In this document: positions 30,117 to 40,224 of the stretch, in pieces
Layout of the letters: every line of letters starts with the position of its first letter
How positions within the stretch are numbered: position 1 is the stretch's first letter
NCBI GenBank assembly: GCA_041821285.1
Contig: JBGUER010000002.1
Coordinates: 1 to 55,734 of the forward strand
Source of the DNA: Clostridiaceae bacterium
GTDB taxonomy: Bacteria; Bacillota; Clostridia; Clostridiales; Clostridiaceae
Reading direction: 5' to 3'
Length of the DNA: 55,734 bases
Made by a program: the position numbers and the translations under genes
The notes under the pieces: model-generated
What the model saw: the letters and a program-made list of their open reading frames with translations, nothing else
Databases searched by the model: none
Told to the model about the DNA's origin: nothing

Positions 30117-33100
30117 ATGAAAATGAAATCAATTAATTTAATTGGTAATTGGTTATATGAATTAGATAAAAATGAATGTGGTATAGAAGAAGAATGGTTT
30201 AAAAGAACATTATCAAATGCTGGTTTTAGCATTCCAGGGACAACAGCTGAAAATAATATTGGAAATCCAGTTATAATAGAAAAAAAGCTTACTAAGCAAG
30301 CAATAGAATGCTTGAGGCAAGAAAAACAATATATTGGTGTAGCATGGTATCAAACTACATTTGTTTTAGATGATATAGAGTCATTTGAATCTATTAGTTT
30401 ATTTTTAGAAAGAATTATGTTTGAAAGTCAGTTGTGGATAGACAATGCGTTTGTTGGAAAACAAGATAGTTTGTCAACACCACATTGTTTTGACATTACA
30501 AAATTCGTAGAATTAGGTAAAAAACATAAATTAACAATTCGAATTAATAATAAGGATATTTATAATATAGGACCATATCCAAGTGCATATACTGACCAAA
30601 CACAAACAATATGGAATGGAATTGTTGGAAGGGCTGAATTGCAAATTTCAGAAACTAATGAGATTAAAAATTTAATAATAGGCACAGATTATAATAAGCG
30701 TGAAATAAAATTAAAATTTGATTTAAAAAATAGTTATAAAGATGATTTAGATGGAGTTATTAGTGTTACTATCGTTAAAGATAATGTAGTATTGCAAAGT
30801 AATAATCAAAATATAAAAATTGAGAAGAATCAAATAACAGTAGAAATTACATTAAATTTAAATAATACTATTGAATTGTGGGATGAAATTTGTCCTAATT
30901 TATATAACCTTAATATTCATATATCTGGTATAAATAAAGATAAACAAATAGATATAACATGTTCAAAGAATATAGGTTTTAGTCAAATGCATATAGAAGG
31001 TAATGTTTTAAAAGTCAATGGAATACAAAGATTTTTAAGAGGGAATATTGATTGTTGTATCTATCCATTAACTGGATATCCTCCTATGAATAAAGAAAGT
31101 TGGGAGAAAGTTTTGTTGTGTACAAAAAACTATGGTTTAAATCATGTTAGATTTCATTCCTGGTGCCCACCTGAAATAGCATTTGAAGTGGCGGATGAAT
31201 TAGGGATTTATCTACAAATTGAAGGTCCTGTATGGATGGATAGTTGGACGGAATATCCTGTTGGTAAATATGATGATCATTACACTTATTTACCTGAAGA
31301 AGCAAGGAGGATTATAGAAGAATATTCATGGCATCCTTCCTTTTGCATGTTTAGTAATGGTAATGAATTAAATGGTGATTTTAAATTATTAGAAGATATT
31401 ATAATAAAGTTGAAAAAGATAAATCCATATTTAATATATACTTTATCAACTAATTGGGATAGAGAAGTTTCTAGTGAAGATGATGTATTTATTGCACAAT
31501 CGGCAGGAGGAATAGGAGTAAGAGGACAGTATTTTTTGGATGATATGGTATATGGCACTACTCTTAATTATGATAAAGGAATTTCTTCAAGAAATATTCC
31601 TGTAATATCCCATGAGGTAGGACAGTATGTTGTATATCCAAATATAAATGAAATACCTAAGTATACGGGGGTATTAAAGCCGGTTAATTTAGAAGTCATC
31701 AGAGATGATTTGGAGAAAAAAGGGCTTTTGAAATATGTGGAAAAATATGTTCAATGTTCTGGAGAATTATCTAAATTTCTTTATAAGGCTGAAATTGAAG
31801 CGGCATTAAGAACAAAAGACATGGCAGGTATCCAATTATTGGGTTTGAACGATTTTCCAGGACAAAGTACAGCTACTATCGGATTGCTTGATTCTTTTTT
31901 TGAAAGTAAGGGGATAGTTACTCCAGGAGAATTTAGAAGCTTTTGTAATAAGTCTGTTCCACTTATTGTTATGCCTAAGTTTATATATTCAAGTAATGAA
32001 GACTTTTTGGCTGAGGTACAAATTGCACATTATGGCTTAGAACCAATGAAAAATATAACAATACAAGTTGATATTGAAAATGCACAGGGTTCAGGTATTT
32101 TTAGAAAAGTATTTAAAATTTCAGAAGTAGAAGTAGGATTGTTTAAAGATAAGATATTTATTAATGAAAAAGTATTTGTTGGAATGCAAGGTAGAAATAG
32201 ATGTAAAGTTAATATTAAAATTTTACATACTGATATCGAGAACAATTGGGATATTTGGGTATATGAAGAAGAGACTAAAGAGGTAAAGATACCAAACTTG
32301 TATCATGAATTTAGCAATGAAGCAATAAATAAATTAGAAAACGGAGAAATTGTTGTTATAGTTCCAAATTCAAATAAAATGAAATATCCAGGCGCAAGTA
32401 CTTATTTTCCTGTATTTTGGAGCCCTGTTCATTTTGCTAGCAAGGACCCTTGTGGTATTAGTATAGACAATGAACACCCATTTTTTAAGAAATATTTTCC
32501 TTGTAGATATTATGGAGACTATGAGTGGAAAGTTCTATTAGAAAATGCAACATCAATTTATATTGACTATTTAAATGAATTTGAACCTTTAACTATGTTA
32601 ATTCCTAATTTTTATAATAACCACAAATATACAAATTTGTTAGAGGCTAAAGTTTCTAATGGTAAAGTAATAATTTGTTGTATTGATATTGAATCCCATA
32701 GGGATAAACATTTAGAAATTGCTTATTTCAAAAAAGCATTACATGATTACATTAATTCTAAAGAGTTTAATCCAAGTCAACAGCTAACTGTAGAAAATAT
32801 TAAAGAACTGTTTTTAGATAAAAATATTGATGAAGATAAAGAAGATGTTGCAGTTAATAAGCCAAGTTTAGCAGATAGTGAAAAATCTTTAATGTATTCT
32901 GCATTTAAAGGTAATGATGGGAATTCAAACACAGCGTGGTGTGCTGCAGATGGTGAAGAAGGTCATTATTGGCAAGTGGATTTAGAAAAAGTGTATAGTA
33001 TAATGGGTACCAAGGTAGTGTTTAATGAAAATGAAAATTATTTATATGTTATACATACCTCATTAGATGGAATTAAATGGAACATAATGGTGAATAAAAC

Positions 33101-33233
33101 TGGTCAAGTTGGAAATCGAAAGATTCATAGTGACAATTTTGAAACTCAAGCTAGGTTTATAAAAATAACATATAATGGACTAAAAGGAGGTATATGGGCA
33201 GGACATGAACAATTCTCTGTATATGTTAAATGA
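30117..33233 (+). CDS. GH2 family glycoside hydrolase (beta-mannosidase/beta-galactosidase-like) with a C-terminal F5/8 type C (discoidin) domain. Cytoplasmic
   Basis: 1,038 aa. The domain order is GH2 sugar-binding, Ig-like and TIM barrel. The C-terminal ~150 aa have a discoidin-like pattern (SAFKGNDGNSNTAWCAADGEEGHYWQVDL). There is no signal peptide. Confidence 0.7.
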   Translation: MKMKSINLIGNWLYELDKNECGIEEEWFKRTLSNAGFSIPGTTAENNIGNPVIIEKKLTKQAIECLRQEKQYIGVAWYQTTFVLDDIESFESISLFLERIMFESQLWIDNAFVGKQDSLSTPHCFDITKFVELGKKHKLTIRINNKDIYNIGPYPSAYTDQTQTIWNGIVGRAELQISETNEIKNLIIGTDYNKREIKLKFDLKNSYKDDLDGVISVTIVKDNVVLQSNNQNIKIEKNQITVEITLNLNNTIELWDEICPNLYNLNIHISGINKDKQIDITCSKNIGFSQMHIEGNVLKVNGIQRFLRGNIDCCIYPLTGYPPMNKESWEKVLLCTKNYGLNHVRFHSWCPPEIAFEVADELGIYLQIEGPVWMDSWTEYPVGKYDDHYTYLPEEARRIIEEYSWHPSFCMFSNGNELNGDFKLLEDIIIKLKKINPYLIYTLSTNWDREVSSEDDVFIAQSAGGIGVRGQYFLDDMVYGTTLNYDKGISSRNIPVISHEVGQYVVYPNINEIPKYTGVLKPVNLEVIRDDLEKKGLLKYVEKYVQCSGELSKFLYKAEIEAALRTKDMAGIQLLGLNDFPGQSTATIGLLDSFFESKGIVTPGEFRSFCNKSVPLIVMPKFIYSSNEDFLAEVQIAHYGLEPMKNITIQVDIENAQGSGIFRKVFKISEVEVGLFKDKIFINEKVFVGMQGRNRCKVNIKILHTDIENNWDIWVYEEETKEVKIPNLYHEFSNEAINKLENGEIVVIVPNSNKMKYPGASTYFPVFWSPVHFASKDPCGISIDNEHPFFKKYFPCRYYGDYEWKVLLENATSIYIDYLNEFEPLTMLIPNFYNNHKYTNLLEAKVSNGKVIICCIDIESHRDKHLEIAYFKKALHDYINSKEFNPSQQLTVENIKELFLDKNIDEDKEDVAVNKPSLADSEKSLMYSAFKGNDGNSNTAWCAADGEEGHYWQVDLEKVYSIMGTKVVFNENENYLYVIHTSLDGIKWNIMVNKTGQVGNRKIHSDNFETQARFIKITYNGLKGGIWAGHEQFSVYVK

Positions 33234-33429
33234 GAGCAATTTTTATAAATTAAAAGACAATTATAAGAAATGAAAATAGGTAAAAAAAATGATAGACTAT
33301 TTATAAAGGATTTGATAATGTTTACAGAAAATATAAAATTGCATAAGATAATTATTTGATTTATATAAAAATAGACATTGTTAAATTCAACTTAACAAAA
33401 TATATATATATTGAAGGGGAGATTATATA

Positions 33430-34716
33430 ATGAAAAAATCAAAGAGAATAATTGCTACATTGTTGTCGCTTGCCATGGTTATTATGATGGTAGGATGTGG
33501 TTCTAATGGAAATGATAAGTACGAACAGAGTGACAAAGAAGAAATTACAATATGGGCATGGGATCCAGCTTATAATATTGTAGCGTTAAATGAAGCTAAA
33601 GCTATTTATAAAAAAGAGAATCCAGATGTTACTATTAATGTAGTTGAGATGGCAAAAGCGGATATAGAACAAAAATTAAATGCAGTTTTAGTTTCAGGTA
33701 AAAAGAAAGGTTTGCCAGATGCAGTATTAGTTGAAGATTTAAATGCACAGAAATATCTTAGTGCTTATCCTGGTGCATTTGTACCATATGATAATGTAGA
33801 TTTTTCTCAATTTGCAACACCAGTTGATTTTATGACAATAGATGGTGAAACTTATGGCGTGCCATTTGGTTTAGCAACAACAGGAATATATTATAGAATA
33901 GATTATTTAGAACAAGCTGGATATACTGAAGAGGATATGCAGAATATTACTTGGGATAAATATATTGAAATAGGTAAAAAAGTTAAAGAAGCAACAGGTA
34001 AGGATATGTTAACTTTTGATCCTAATGATTCTAGTTTTATAAGAATAATGCTTCAATCAGCAGGTTCTTGGTATACAGATAAGGACGGAAATGCAGATAT
34101 TAAGAATAATGAATATTTGAAAGAAGCATTTAAAACAGTTAAAAAAATGCAAGAAGCGGATATTACTAAAGTTGTTACAGGATGGTCAGAATTTGTTTCA
34201 GGATTTAATAGTGGTGATGTTGCATCTGTAATTACAGGATGCTGGATTACACCATCTGTTATGGCTGAACAGTCACAAAGTGGAAACTGGAGAATAGCGC
34301 CAACTCCAAGAATGGATATAGAAGGATCAGTAAATGCTTCTAACTTAGGCGGTTCAAGTTGGTATATACTTAATGGAACACCTGGACAAGAAATAGCTAA
34401 AGATTTTATTGCGGATACATTTGCTGGAAGCAAAGAATTATATGAAAACATATTAACTAATAATGGTATTTCATCTATGTATTCACCAGCATTTGATAGT
34501 AGTGCATACCAAGAGTCACAAGAGTTCTTTGGTGGACAAAAAACAAATAGTGATTTAGGTGAATGGACTAAAAATGTTCAGGCTGTTAATTTTGGAGAAT
34601 ACACATGGGAAGCTGATGCGATTATATCATCAGCAATGGTACAAGTTTTGGATGGTGAATCTATAGATCCAGTACTTGAAGATGCAGAAGAACAATTTAA
34701 TACACAAATTCAATAG
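33430..34716 (+). CDS. ABC transporter solute-binding lipoprotein (family 1)
   Basis: 428 aa with a lipobox (MVGCGSNG). Confidence 0.75.
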   Translation: MKKSKRIIATLLSLAMVIMMVGCGSNGNDKYEQSDKEEITIWAWDPAYNIVALNEAKAIYKKENPDVTINVVEMAKADIEQKLNAVLVSGKKKGLPDAVLVEDLNAQKYLSAYPGAFVPYDNVDFSQFATPVDFMTIDGETYGVPFGLATTGIYYRIDYLEQAGYTEEDMQNITWDKYIEIGKKVKEATGKDMLTFDPNDSSFIRIMLQSAGSWYTDKDGNADIKNNEYLKEAFKTVKKMQEADITKVVTGWSEFVSGFNSGDVASVITGCWITPSVMAEQSQSGNWRIAPTPRMDIEGSVNASNLGGSSWYILNGTPGQEIAKDFIADTFAGSKELYENILTNNGISSMYSPAFDSSAYQESQEFFGGQKTNSDLGEWTKNVQAVNFGEYTWEADAIISSAMVQVLDGESIDPVLEDAEEQFNTQIQ

Positions 34717-34795
34717 TTGAAAAATAGGATATCTTAAATATAGATTCGAGATATCCTATTTTCAATAAATTTGTGCTAATACTCAGGAGGGAAAT

Positions 34796-35674
34796 ATGTG
34801 GAATAAGAATAAGAACAAGAAGAACCTATATGGTATTATTTTTATAATATTACCAGTTATCTTAATAGCGACGTTTTCATTTTGGCCAATGATTCAATCA
34901 TTATTTTTGTCATTTAAAACCGGCAAAGGAATAGTTTTAACAAATGGAGGTTTGGTAAACTATAAAAGATTATTTAGGGATCCAGTCTTTATTAAAGCAT
35001 TAAAAAATACATTCACTTTTCTAATTATTCAAGTCCCAATAATGACTATTTTAGCTCTTATATTTGCAACACTATTAAACGATAGCGAGTTAAAGGGTAA
35101 GGGCATATTCAGGGTATGTATTTTTTTACCATGTGTAACTTCATTAATAGCTTGTTCAGTGCTTTTTAAATCTCTGTTTTCAATGGATGGGCTTATTAAT
35201 ATTATTTTATTAAATCTAAATATAATATCAGAACCTATTAAATGGCTATTAGATGGAGTATGGGCAAAAATTACAATTATGATTGTATTGACATGGCGTT
35301 GGACAGGATACGATATGATTTTTTATATTGCAGCTATGCAAAATATAGATAAATCAGTATATGAAGCGGCGCGTTTAGATGGGGCTTCGAAATTCAAACA
35401 ATTTTTTCATATAACAATTCCTTTATTAAAACCTATTTTAGTACTTACGACTATTATGTCTACAAATGGAACATTGCAATTATTTGATGAAGTAGCGAGT
35501 TTAACAAATGGTGGTCCTAATAATGCAACAATGACAATTTCTAAATATATATATGATTTATCGTTTAAGTATTCACCTAATTTTCCGTATGCAGCAACAG
35601 TATCCTATGCTATATTATTTTTTGTAGCATTGTTATCGTTTATTCAGTTGCGAGTTACAAGAGAAAGGGATTAG
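34796..35674 (+). CDS. Carbohydrate ABC transporter permease
   Basis: 292 aa with 6 TM helices and an EAA loop (EAARLDGASKFKQFFHITIP). Confidence 0.8.
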   Translation: MWNKNKNKKNLYGIIFIILPVILIATFSFWPMIQSLFLSFKTGKGIVLTNGGLVNYKRLFRDPVFIKALKNTFTFLIIQVPIMTILALIFATLLNDSELKGKGIFRVCIFLPCVTSLIACSVLFKSLFSMDGLINIILLNLNIISEPIKWLLDGVWAKITIMIVLTWRWTGYDMIFYIAAMQNIDKSVYEAARLDGASKFKQFFHITIPLLKPILVLTTIMSTNGTLQLFDEVASLTNGGPNNATMTISKYIYDLSFKYSPNFPYAATVSYAILFFVALLSFIQLRVTRERD

Positions 35675-35686
35675 GGGGTATAAAAA

Positions 35687-36493
35687 ATGAAAAAAACAGG
35701 TAAATTATTTAAATATATTTTTCTTTCAGTTGCTTCATTCATATCAATATTTCCTTTTTTCTGGATGATTATTGGTGCAACTAATACTTCTAAGGAAATT
35801 TCAATAGGCAAATTAACATTTGGAACACACCTGATTGAAAATATAAGAAGTGTATTTGAACAAACAAATGTAGAAAGAGTATTTTTGAATAGTATTATTA
35901 TTTCTTCAGTAAGTACTATATTGGCAATTTTATTAGCGTCGATGGCGGGATATGCATTTGAAGTGTTTAAAACAAAATTTTTAGATAAAGTATTTAATAT
36001 AATTATGTTATCTATGATGATCCCTTTTGCAGCTGTTATGATACCATTATTTAGAATGATGAGTCAGATTGGATTATTAGATACGTATGCAGGGGTTATG
36101 TTACCAACCTTGGTAACTGCATTTTTGATATTTTTCTTTAGGCAAAACACTAAATCTTTTCCAAAGGAATTAATTGAAGCAGCTAGAGTTGATGGTTTGG
36201 GAGAAGTAAGAATATTTTTTAGAATATTTGTACCTAGTATGAAGGCTACATATGCAGCAGCTGGGATTATAACATTTATGGCTTCATGGAATAATTATTT
36301 ATGGCCATTAATTGCAATACAAACAAATGAACAACAGACACTACCATTATTAATATCATACGTAGCATCGGCTTATCAACCGAATTATGGTGCAATTATG
36401 GTATTGATTATTATAGCAACATTGCCTACACTCATAGTATTCTTCTTAATGCAAAAATACTTTGTTGAAGGTATGGTTGGTTCAATAAAATAG
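35687..36493 (+). CDS. Carbohydrate ABC transporter permease
   Basis: 268 aa with 6 TM helices and an EAA loop (EAARVDGLGEVRIFFRIFVP). Confidence 0.8.
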   Translation: MKKTGKLFKYIFLSVASFISIFPFFWMIIGATNTSKEISIGKLTFGTHLIENIRSVFEQTNVERVFLNSIIISSVSTILAILLASMAGYAFEVFKTKFLDKVFNIIMLSMMIPFAAVMIPLFRMMSQIGLLDTYAGVMLPTLVTAFLIFFFRQNTKSFPKELIEAARVDGLGEVRIFFRIFVPSMKATYAAAGIITFMASWNNYLWPLIAIQTNEQQTLPLLISYVASAYQPNYGAIMVLIIIATLPTLIVFFLMQKYFVEGMVGSIK

Positions 36494-36553
36494 ATTTTAT
36501 AAAGCTCAGCATGATAAAGGTAATCCTTGTGTTGGGCTACTAATTTTTATAGA

Positions 36554-36600
36554 AAAAAGGTAAATTTAAAGTTAAGTAAACTTTAAATTTACCTTTTTTC
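36554..36600 (+). terminator. Strong rho-independent terminator (20-bp perfect stem)
   Basis: aaaaaggtaaatttaaagtt (36554-36573) / aactttaaatttaccttttt (36579-36598) followed by a T-run. Confidence 0.8.
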
Positions 36601-36672
36601 TTGTATGAATATATTAGGATATTAGTATACAATGTGGTAAAATGTATTTAATAAGAGTAGGGGGGTATTATA

Positions 36673-37278
36673 ATGAAAATCATAAAAATAATCAAAAAAA
36701 ACAAAGTTTATTGTTGGCTTTTATTAACATTTATTTTACTTCTATCTCCACCGGTAATATTTATTATTCTTCAAGATATTAATTTGTTATATAAATTTAT
36801 TTTTATTGCTTTTGAAGTATTAATAAGTATTTATTTTTCAATAAATGTGGATAACTATTATACAAAATATCTTTTAAAAAAAGATCAAATGTTTCAAATT
36901 ATAAATTTTTCTATAATAAAAAATATAAATACTGTAAAAATATTTATTTCAATTGTTTTAATTTTTGTGTATAGTACAATGAGTTATGAAATTGTTTTTT
37001 TAGATAATTTTATAATTTTACAGGATAAAGGATTAATTCTATTTATGGCAGTTCTTGCTTTGTTTATAAAATTCAATATAGTAAATAATGAAGTGATTTT
37101 AGGTAGAAGTTACATATTATACAGAGAAAATCTTATAGAATTAAGAGACATAAAAGATATAAAATTAGAGAAAAATAAAGTTAAAGTATATTTAAAAGAA
37201 GAAGATAAAACTGTGATTTTGTTAAGTTCTGAAATAGATAATTTATATAATTGTTTGAAAGAAAACATTATAATATAG
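36673..37278 (+). CDS. Hypothetical membrane protein (3-4 TM helices plus a small C-terminal soluble domain, bPH-like)
   Basis: 201 aa with a hydrophobic N-terminal two-thirds and a charged C-terminal ~60 aa. The family could not be recognised. Confidence 0.4.
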   Translation: MKIIKIIKKNKVYCWLLLTFILLLSPPVIFIILQDINLLYKFIFIAFEVLISIYFSINVDNYYTKYLLKKDQMFQIINFSIIKNINTVKIFISIVLIFVYSTMSYEIVFLDNFIILQDKGLILFMAVLALFIKFNIVNNEVILGRSYILYRENLIELRDIKDIKLEKNKVKVYLKEEDKTVILLSSEIDNLYNCLKENIII

Positions 37279-37302
37279 AGCAAACATAAAGGTGGTAATA
37301 TA

Positions 37303-38127
37303 TTGGACATAACAAGTAAAACTTTAAAGCTTAATAAAAAGGGAGATGTACTTTATTTTAGTTTCCCAGATTTTGATAATTTAAATTTAGTTAAACATGG
37401 ATTTAGTACCAGATTAGGTGGAGTTAGTACTGGAATGTATAAGTCTATGAATTTAAGTTTTAATCAAGGAGATAAGGAAGAAGATGTTTTAGAGAATTAT
37501 AAAAGATTTTCAAATGCTTTAGATATTAAATTAGAAGATATAGTTTTAACCCATCAAACTCATAGTGCAAATATAAGGATAGTTTCAGAAAAAGATAAAG
37601 GAAAGGGGATTTTAACACCAAGAGATTATGATGATATAGATGGCCTTATTACAAATATCAAAAATATAGCATTAGCTACAATACACGCAGATTGTGTACC
37701 ATTATTTTTTATAGATCCAAAACTTAAAATAATAGGTCTTGCTCATTCTGGTTGGAAAGGTACAGTTAATAAAATTGGTGAGAATATGATTAGCGTATTT
37801 AAAGAAAACTATGGAAGTAGACCACAGGATATATTAGTTGGGATAGGCCCATCTATAGGACCTTGTTGTTTTGAAGTAGGAGTAGATGTAAAAGAAGAAT
37901 TTGAACAGATGACACCATCTATCAGTGAATGTATTAGACCAGTTGGTGAAAAATATCATATAGATTTATGGCAAGTTAATAAGAAAATTTTGATGAATGT
38001 TGGAGTTTTAGAAGAAAATATAAAAACAACAGATGTTTGTACAATGTGCAACAAAGAAGTTTTATTTTCCCATAGAGGAAGCCTTGGCAAAAGAGGAAGT
38101 TTGCTTGCAATATTAGAGCTTTGTTAA
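37303..38127 (+). CDS. pgeF: Peptidoglycan editing factor PgeF (YfiH/YlmD, DUF152 laccase-domain purine nucleoside enzyme)
   Basis: 274 aa with conserved motifs HADCVPLFF, GLAHSGWKGT and GPCCFEVG. It starts with TTG after RBS aaggtgg. Confidence 0.75.
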   Translation: MDITSKTLKLNKKGDVLYFSFPDFDNLNLVKHGFSTRLGGVSTGMYKSMNLSFNQGDKEEDVLENYKRFSNALDIKLEDIVLTHQTHSANIRIVSEKDKGKGILTPRDYDDIDGLITNIKNIALATIHADCVPLFFIDPKLKIIGLAHSGWKGTVNKIGENMISVFKENYGSRPQDILVGIGPSIGPCCFEVGVDVKEEFEQMTPSISECIRPVGEKYHIDLWQVNKKILMNVGVLEENIKTTDVCTMCNKEVLFSHRGSLGKRGSLLAILELC

Positions 38128-38184
38128 GTTATATATTAATGTTATAATACAAAATAATAAATATAAAAATAGAAGGTGAAAAAT

Positions 38185-38340
38185 ATGGAAGAAAAATTTT
38201 ATTGCCCAGATTGTAAAAAAGAATTAGAAAGAATATCTGCTTGCGGTTCTGTGAGTTATTTTTGTAATAATTGTAATAAGCTTATATCAAGAAGTAAGAT
38301 GTTATCTAAAGATGATATAAAGGATGTAGAATCTAAATAA
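38185..38340 (+). CDS. Unannotated small zinc-ribbon protein (51 aa, CPDC...CNNC)
   Basis: ATG at 38185 preceded by RBS agaaggtg with 7-nt spacing. Translation is MEEKFYCPDCKKELERISACGSVSYFCNNCNKLISRSKMLSKDDIKDVESK*. It carries two CxxC pairs and a terminator follows. It is absent from the ORF track because of its length. Confidence 0.45.
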   Translation: MEEKFYCPDCKKELERISACGSVSYFCNNCNKLISRSKMLSKDDIKDVESK

Positions 38341-38415
38341 AAAGTATTACTACAATTAAAATTAGTATTAGCTTGGGCTGAATTAGAACCCTTAGATATA
38401 TTTAAACAAAATTAA

Positions 38416-38465
38416 AGTACCATATAGAGTAGATTTTTATTCTATATGGTACTTATCTGTATTTT
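38416..38465 (+). terminator. Rho-independent terminator after the small zinc-ribbon ORF
   Basis: agtaccatatagagta / tattctatatggtact hairpin followed by a T-rich tract. Confidence 0.65.
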
Positions 38466-38630
38466 ATTGCATTTTTATAGATTAGTATTTAGTATTTATG
38501 ATATAATAAAAAATAACTTATAATTATTAATATAAATGAAATAATATGCAAAATTATGCTTTTAAACTATGAATAATTGGGCTTTATGGTTATTGGGGAT
38601 TGTATAGCTTATAAAAATAAGGGGGTAAAT

Positions 38631-40103
38631 ATGATTAATTCAAACGCAACAACAATAATAATGTTTGCTATCTATTTAGCTGTAATGTTAGGAATTGGAC
38701 TATTTTTCTATTTTAGAACTAGAAACTTGTCTGATTACATTTTAGGTGGCAGAGGTCTTGGTGGATGGGTAACAGCACTAAGCGCACAGGCATCTGATAT
38801 GAGTGGATGGCTTTTGATGGGATTGCCAGGTTACGCATATCTATCAGGGTTAGAATCTATATGGATTGCTATAGGACTTGCAATTGGTACCTATTTAAAT
38901 TGGAAGATAATAGCTAAAAAACTAAGAAGTTATACAGAGATTGCAGGAGATTCTCTAACTCTTCCAGATTATTTTTCAAATAGATTTAGAGATAATTCTA
39001 ATGTATTAAGGATAATCGCTGCTTTATTTATTTTAGTATTCTTTTTGTTTTACACTGCTTCAGGATTTGTAGCTGGTGCTAAATTATTTAGTACTATTTT
39101 TGGAATATCTTATTTAACAGCACTAACAATAGGTGCTATAGTTATAGTGTCTTATACATTTTTAGGTGGATTTATGGCAGTATGTTGGACTGATTTTTTT
39201 CAAGGAGCCATGATGTTTATAGCTCTAATCATAGTTCCAATAGTTTCTATATTTAAACTTGGTGGTGTAGCTACTACATCAAAACTTATAAATAGTGTTG
39301 ATCCTAATTTTTTAAATGCTTTTAAAGGGTTAGATGGAACTTCAATTTCTGTTATATCTATAATCTCTCTTTTAGCTTGGGGATTGGGATATTTTGGACA
39401 ACCACATATTTTGGCAAGATTTATGGGCATAAAAGATAAAGATGAAGTTAAAAAAGCAAGAATTATTGCAATTATATGGGTTATTATATCATTGACAGCT
39501 GCAGTTATTATAGGACTTATTGGTAAAGTTTATTTAACTGATGCGTTGGTAGGAAATGACTCTGAAAAAGTATTTATTTTAATGACAAAAGATTTATTTC
39601 ACCCAGTAATAGCTGGATTTATATTGGCAGCTATATTAGCGGCGATAATGAGCACAGCGGACTCACAACTTTTGGTTACAGCATCATCTATAACAGAAGA
39701 TTTTTATAAAGTTTTATTTAGAAAAAAAGCAAGTGAAAAAGAACTTATATGGGTTAGTCGTATAGCGGTTATGGGCGTAGCTGTAGTAGCGTATATTTTA
39801 GCGCTAGATGCAAATAATTCTGTATTAGATCTTGTAGCTTATGCCTGGGCTGGATTTGGAGCTACCTTTGGACCTGCTGTTATTTTATCGCTATTTTGGA
39901 AGCGGATGAATAAAACAGGAGCTTTAGCAGGAATGCTTACAGGAGGAGTTACTGTTGTTATATGGAAAAACTTAACTGGAGGAATATTTGATTTGTATGA
40001 AATAGTACCTGGGTTTATTTTCTCAATAATAGCTATAGTAATATTTAGCTTAGTAACTAAAGAACCTTCAAAGGAAATAGTAGAAGAATTTGAGAGTGTA
40101 TAG
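38631..40103 (+). CDS. putP: Sodium:proline symporter (SSS family, PutP-like)
   Basis: About 490 aa with 13 TM helices and an SSS N-terminal pattern (GGRGLGGWVTALSAQASDMSGWLLMGLPG). The true start is at the internal Met after RBS aagggggt. The longer track ORF from 38577 is rejected. Confidence 0.8.
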   Translation: MINSNATTIIMFAIYLAVMLGIGLFFYFRTRNLSDYILGGRGLGGWVTALSAQASDMSGWLLMGLPGYAYLSGLESIWIAIGLAIGTYLNWKIIAKKLRSYTEIAGDSLTLPDYFSNRFRDNSNVLRIIAALFILVFFLFYTASGFVAGAKLFSTIFGISYLTALTIGAIVIVSYTFLGGFMAVCWTDFFQGAMMFIALIIVPIVSIFKLGGVATTSKLINSVDPNFLNAFKGLDGTSISVISIISLLAWGLGYFGQPHILARFMGIKDKDEVKKARIIAIIWVIISLTAAVIIGLIGKVYLTDALVGNDSEKVFILMTKDLFHPVIAGFILAAILAAIMSTADSQLLVTASSITEDFYKVLFRKKASEKELIWVSRIAVMGVAVVAYILALDANNSVLDLVAYAWAGFGATFGPAVILSLFWKRMNKTGALAGMLTGGVTVVIWKNLTGGIFDLYEIVPGFIFSIIAIVIFSLVTKEPSKEIVEEFESV

Positions 40104-40116
40104 AATATAAATATGA

Positions 40117-40158
40117 AAGTACAGGCTTTGATAAGTGAAGCTTGTACTTTTTCTTTTA
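40117..40158 (+). terminator. Rho-independent terminator after putP
   Basis: aaagtacaggctt / aagcttgtacttt stem followed by a T-run. Confidence 0.7.
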
Positions 40159-40224
40159 AAATAGATAGACATAATATATAATGACTATTGTAAATAAAAA
40201 TTAGGGAAAATAGGAGAAAATTTT

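Noticed and set aside
38577-38630. Upstream extension of putP (MGFMVIGDCIAYKNKGVN...)
   Set aside because: There is no RBS before 38577, whereas aagggggt precedes the internal Met at 38631, which also begins the conserved SSS N-terminus.
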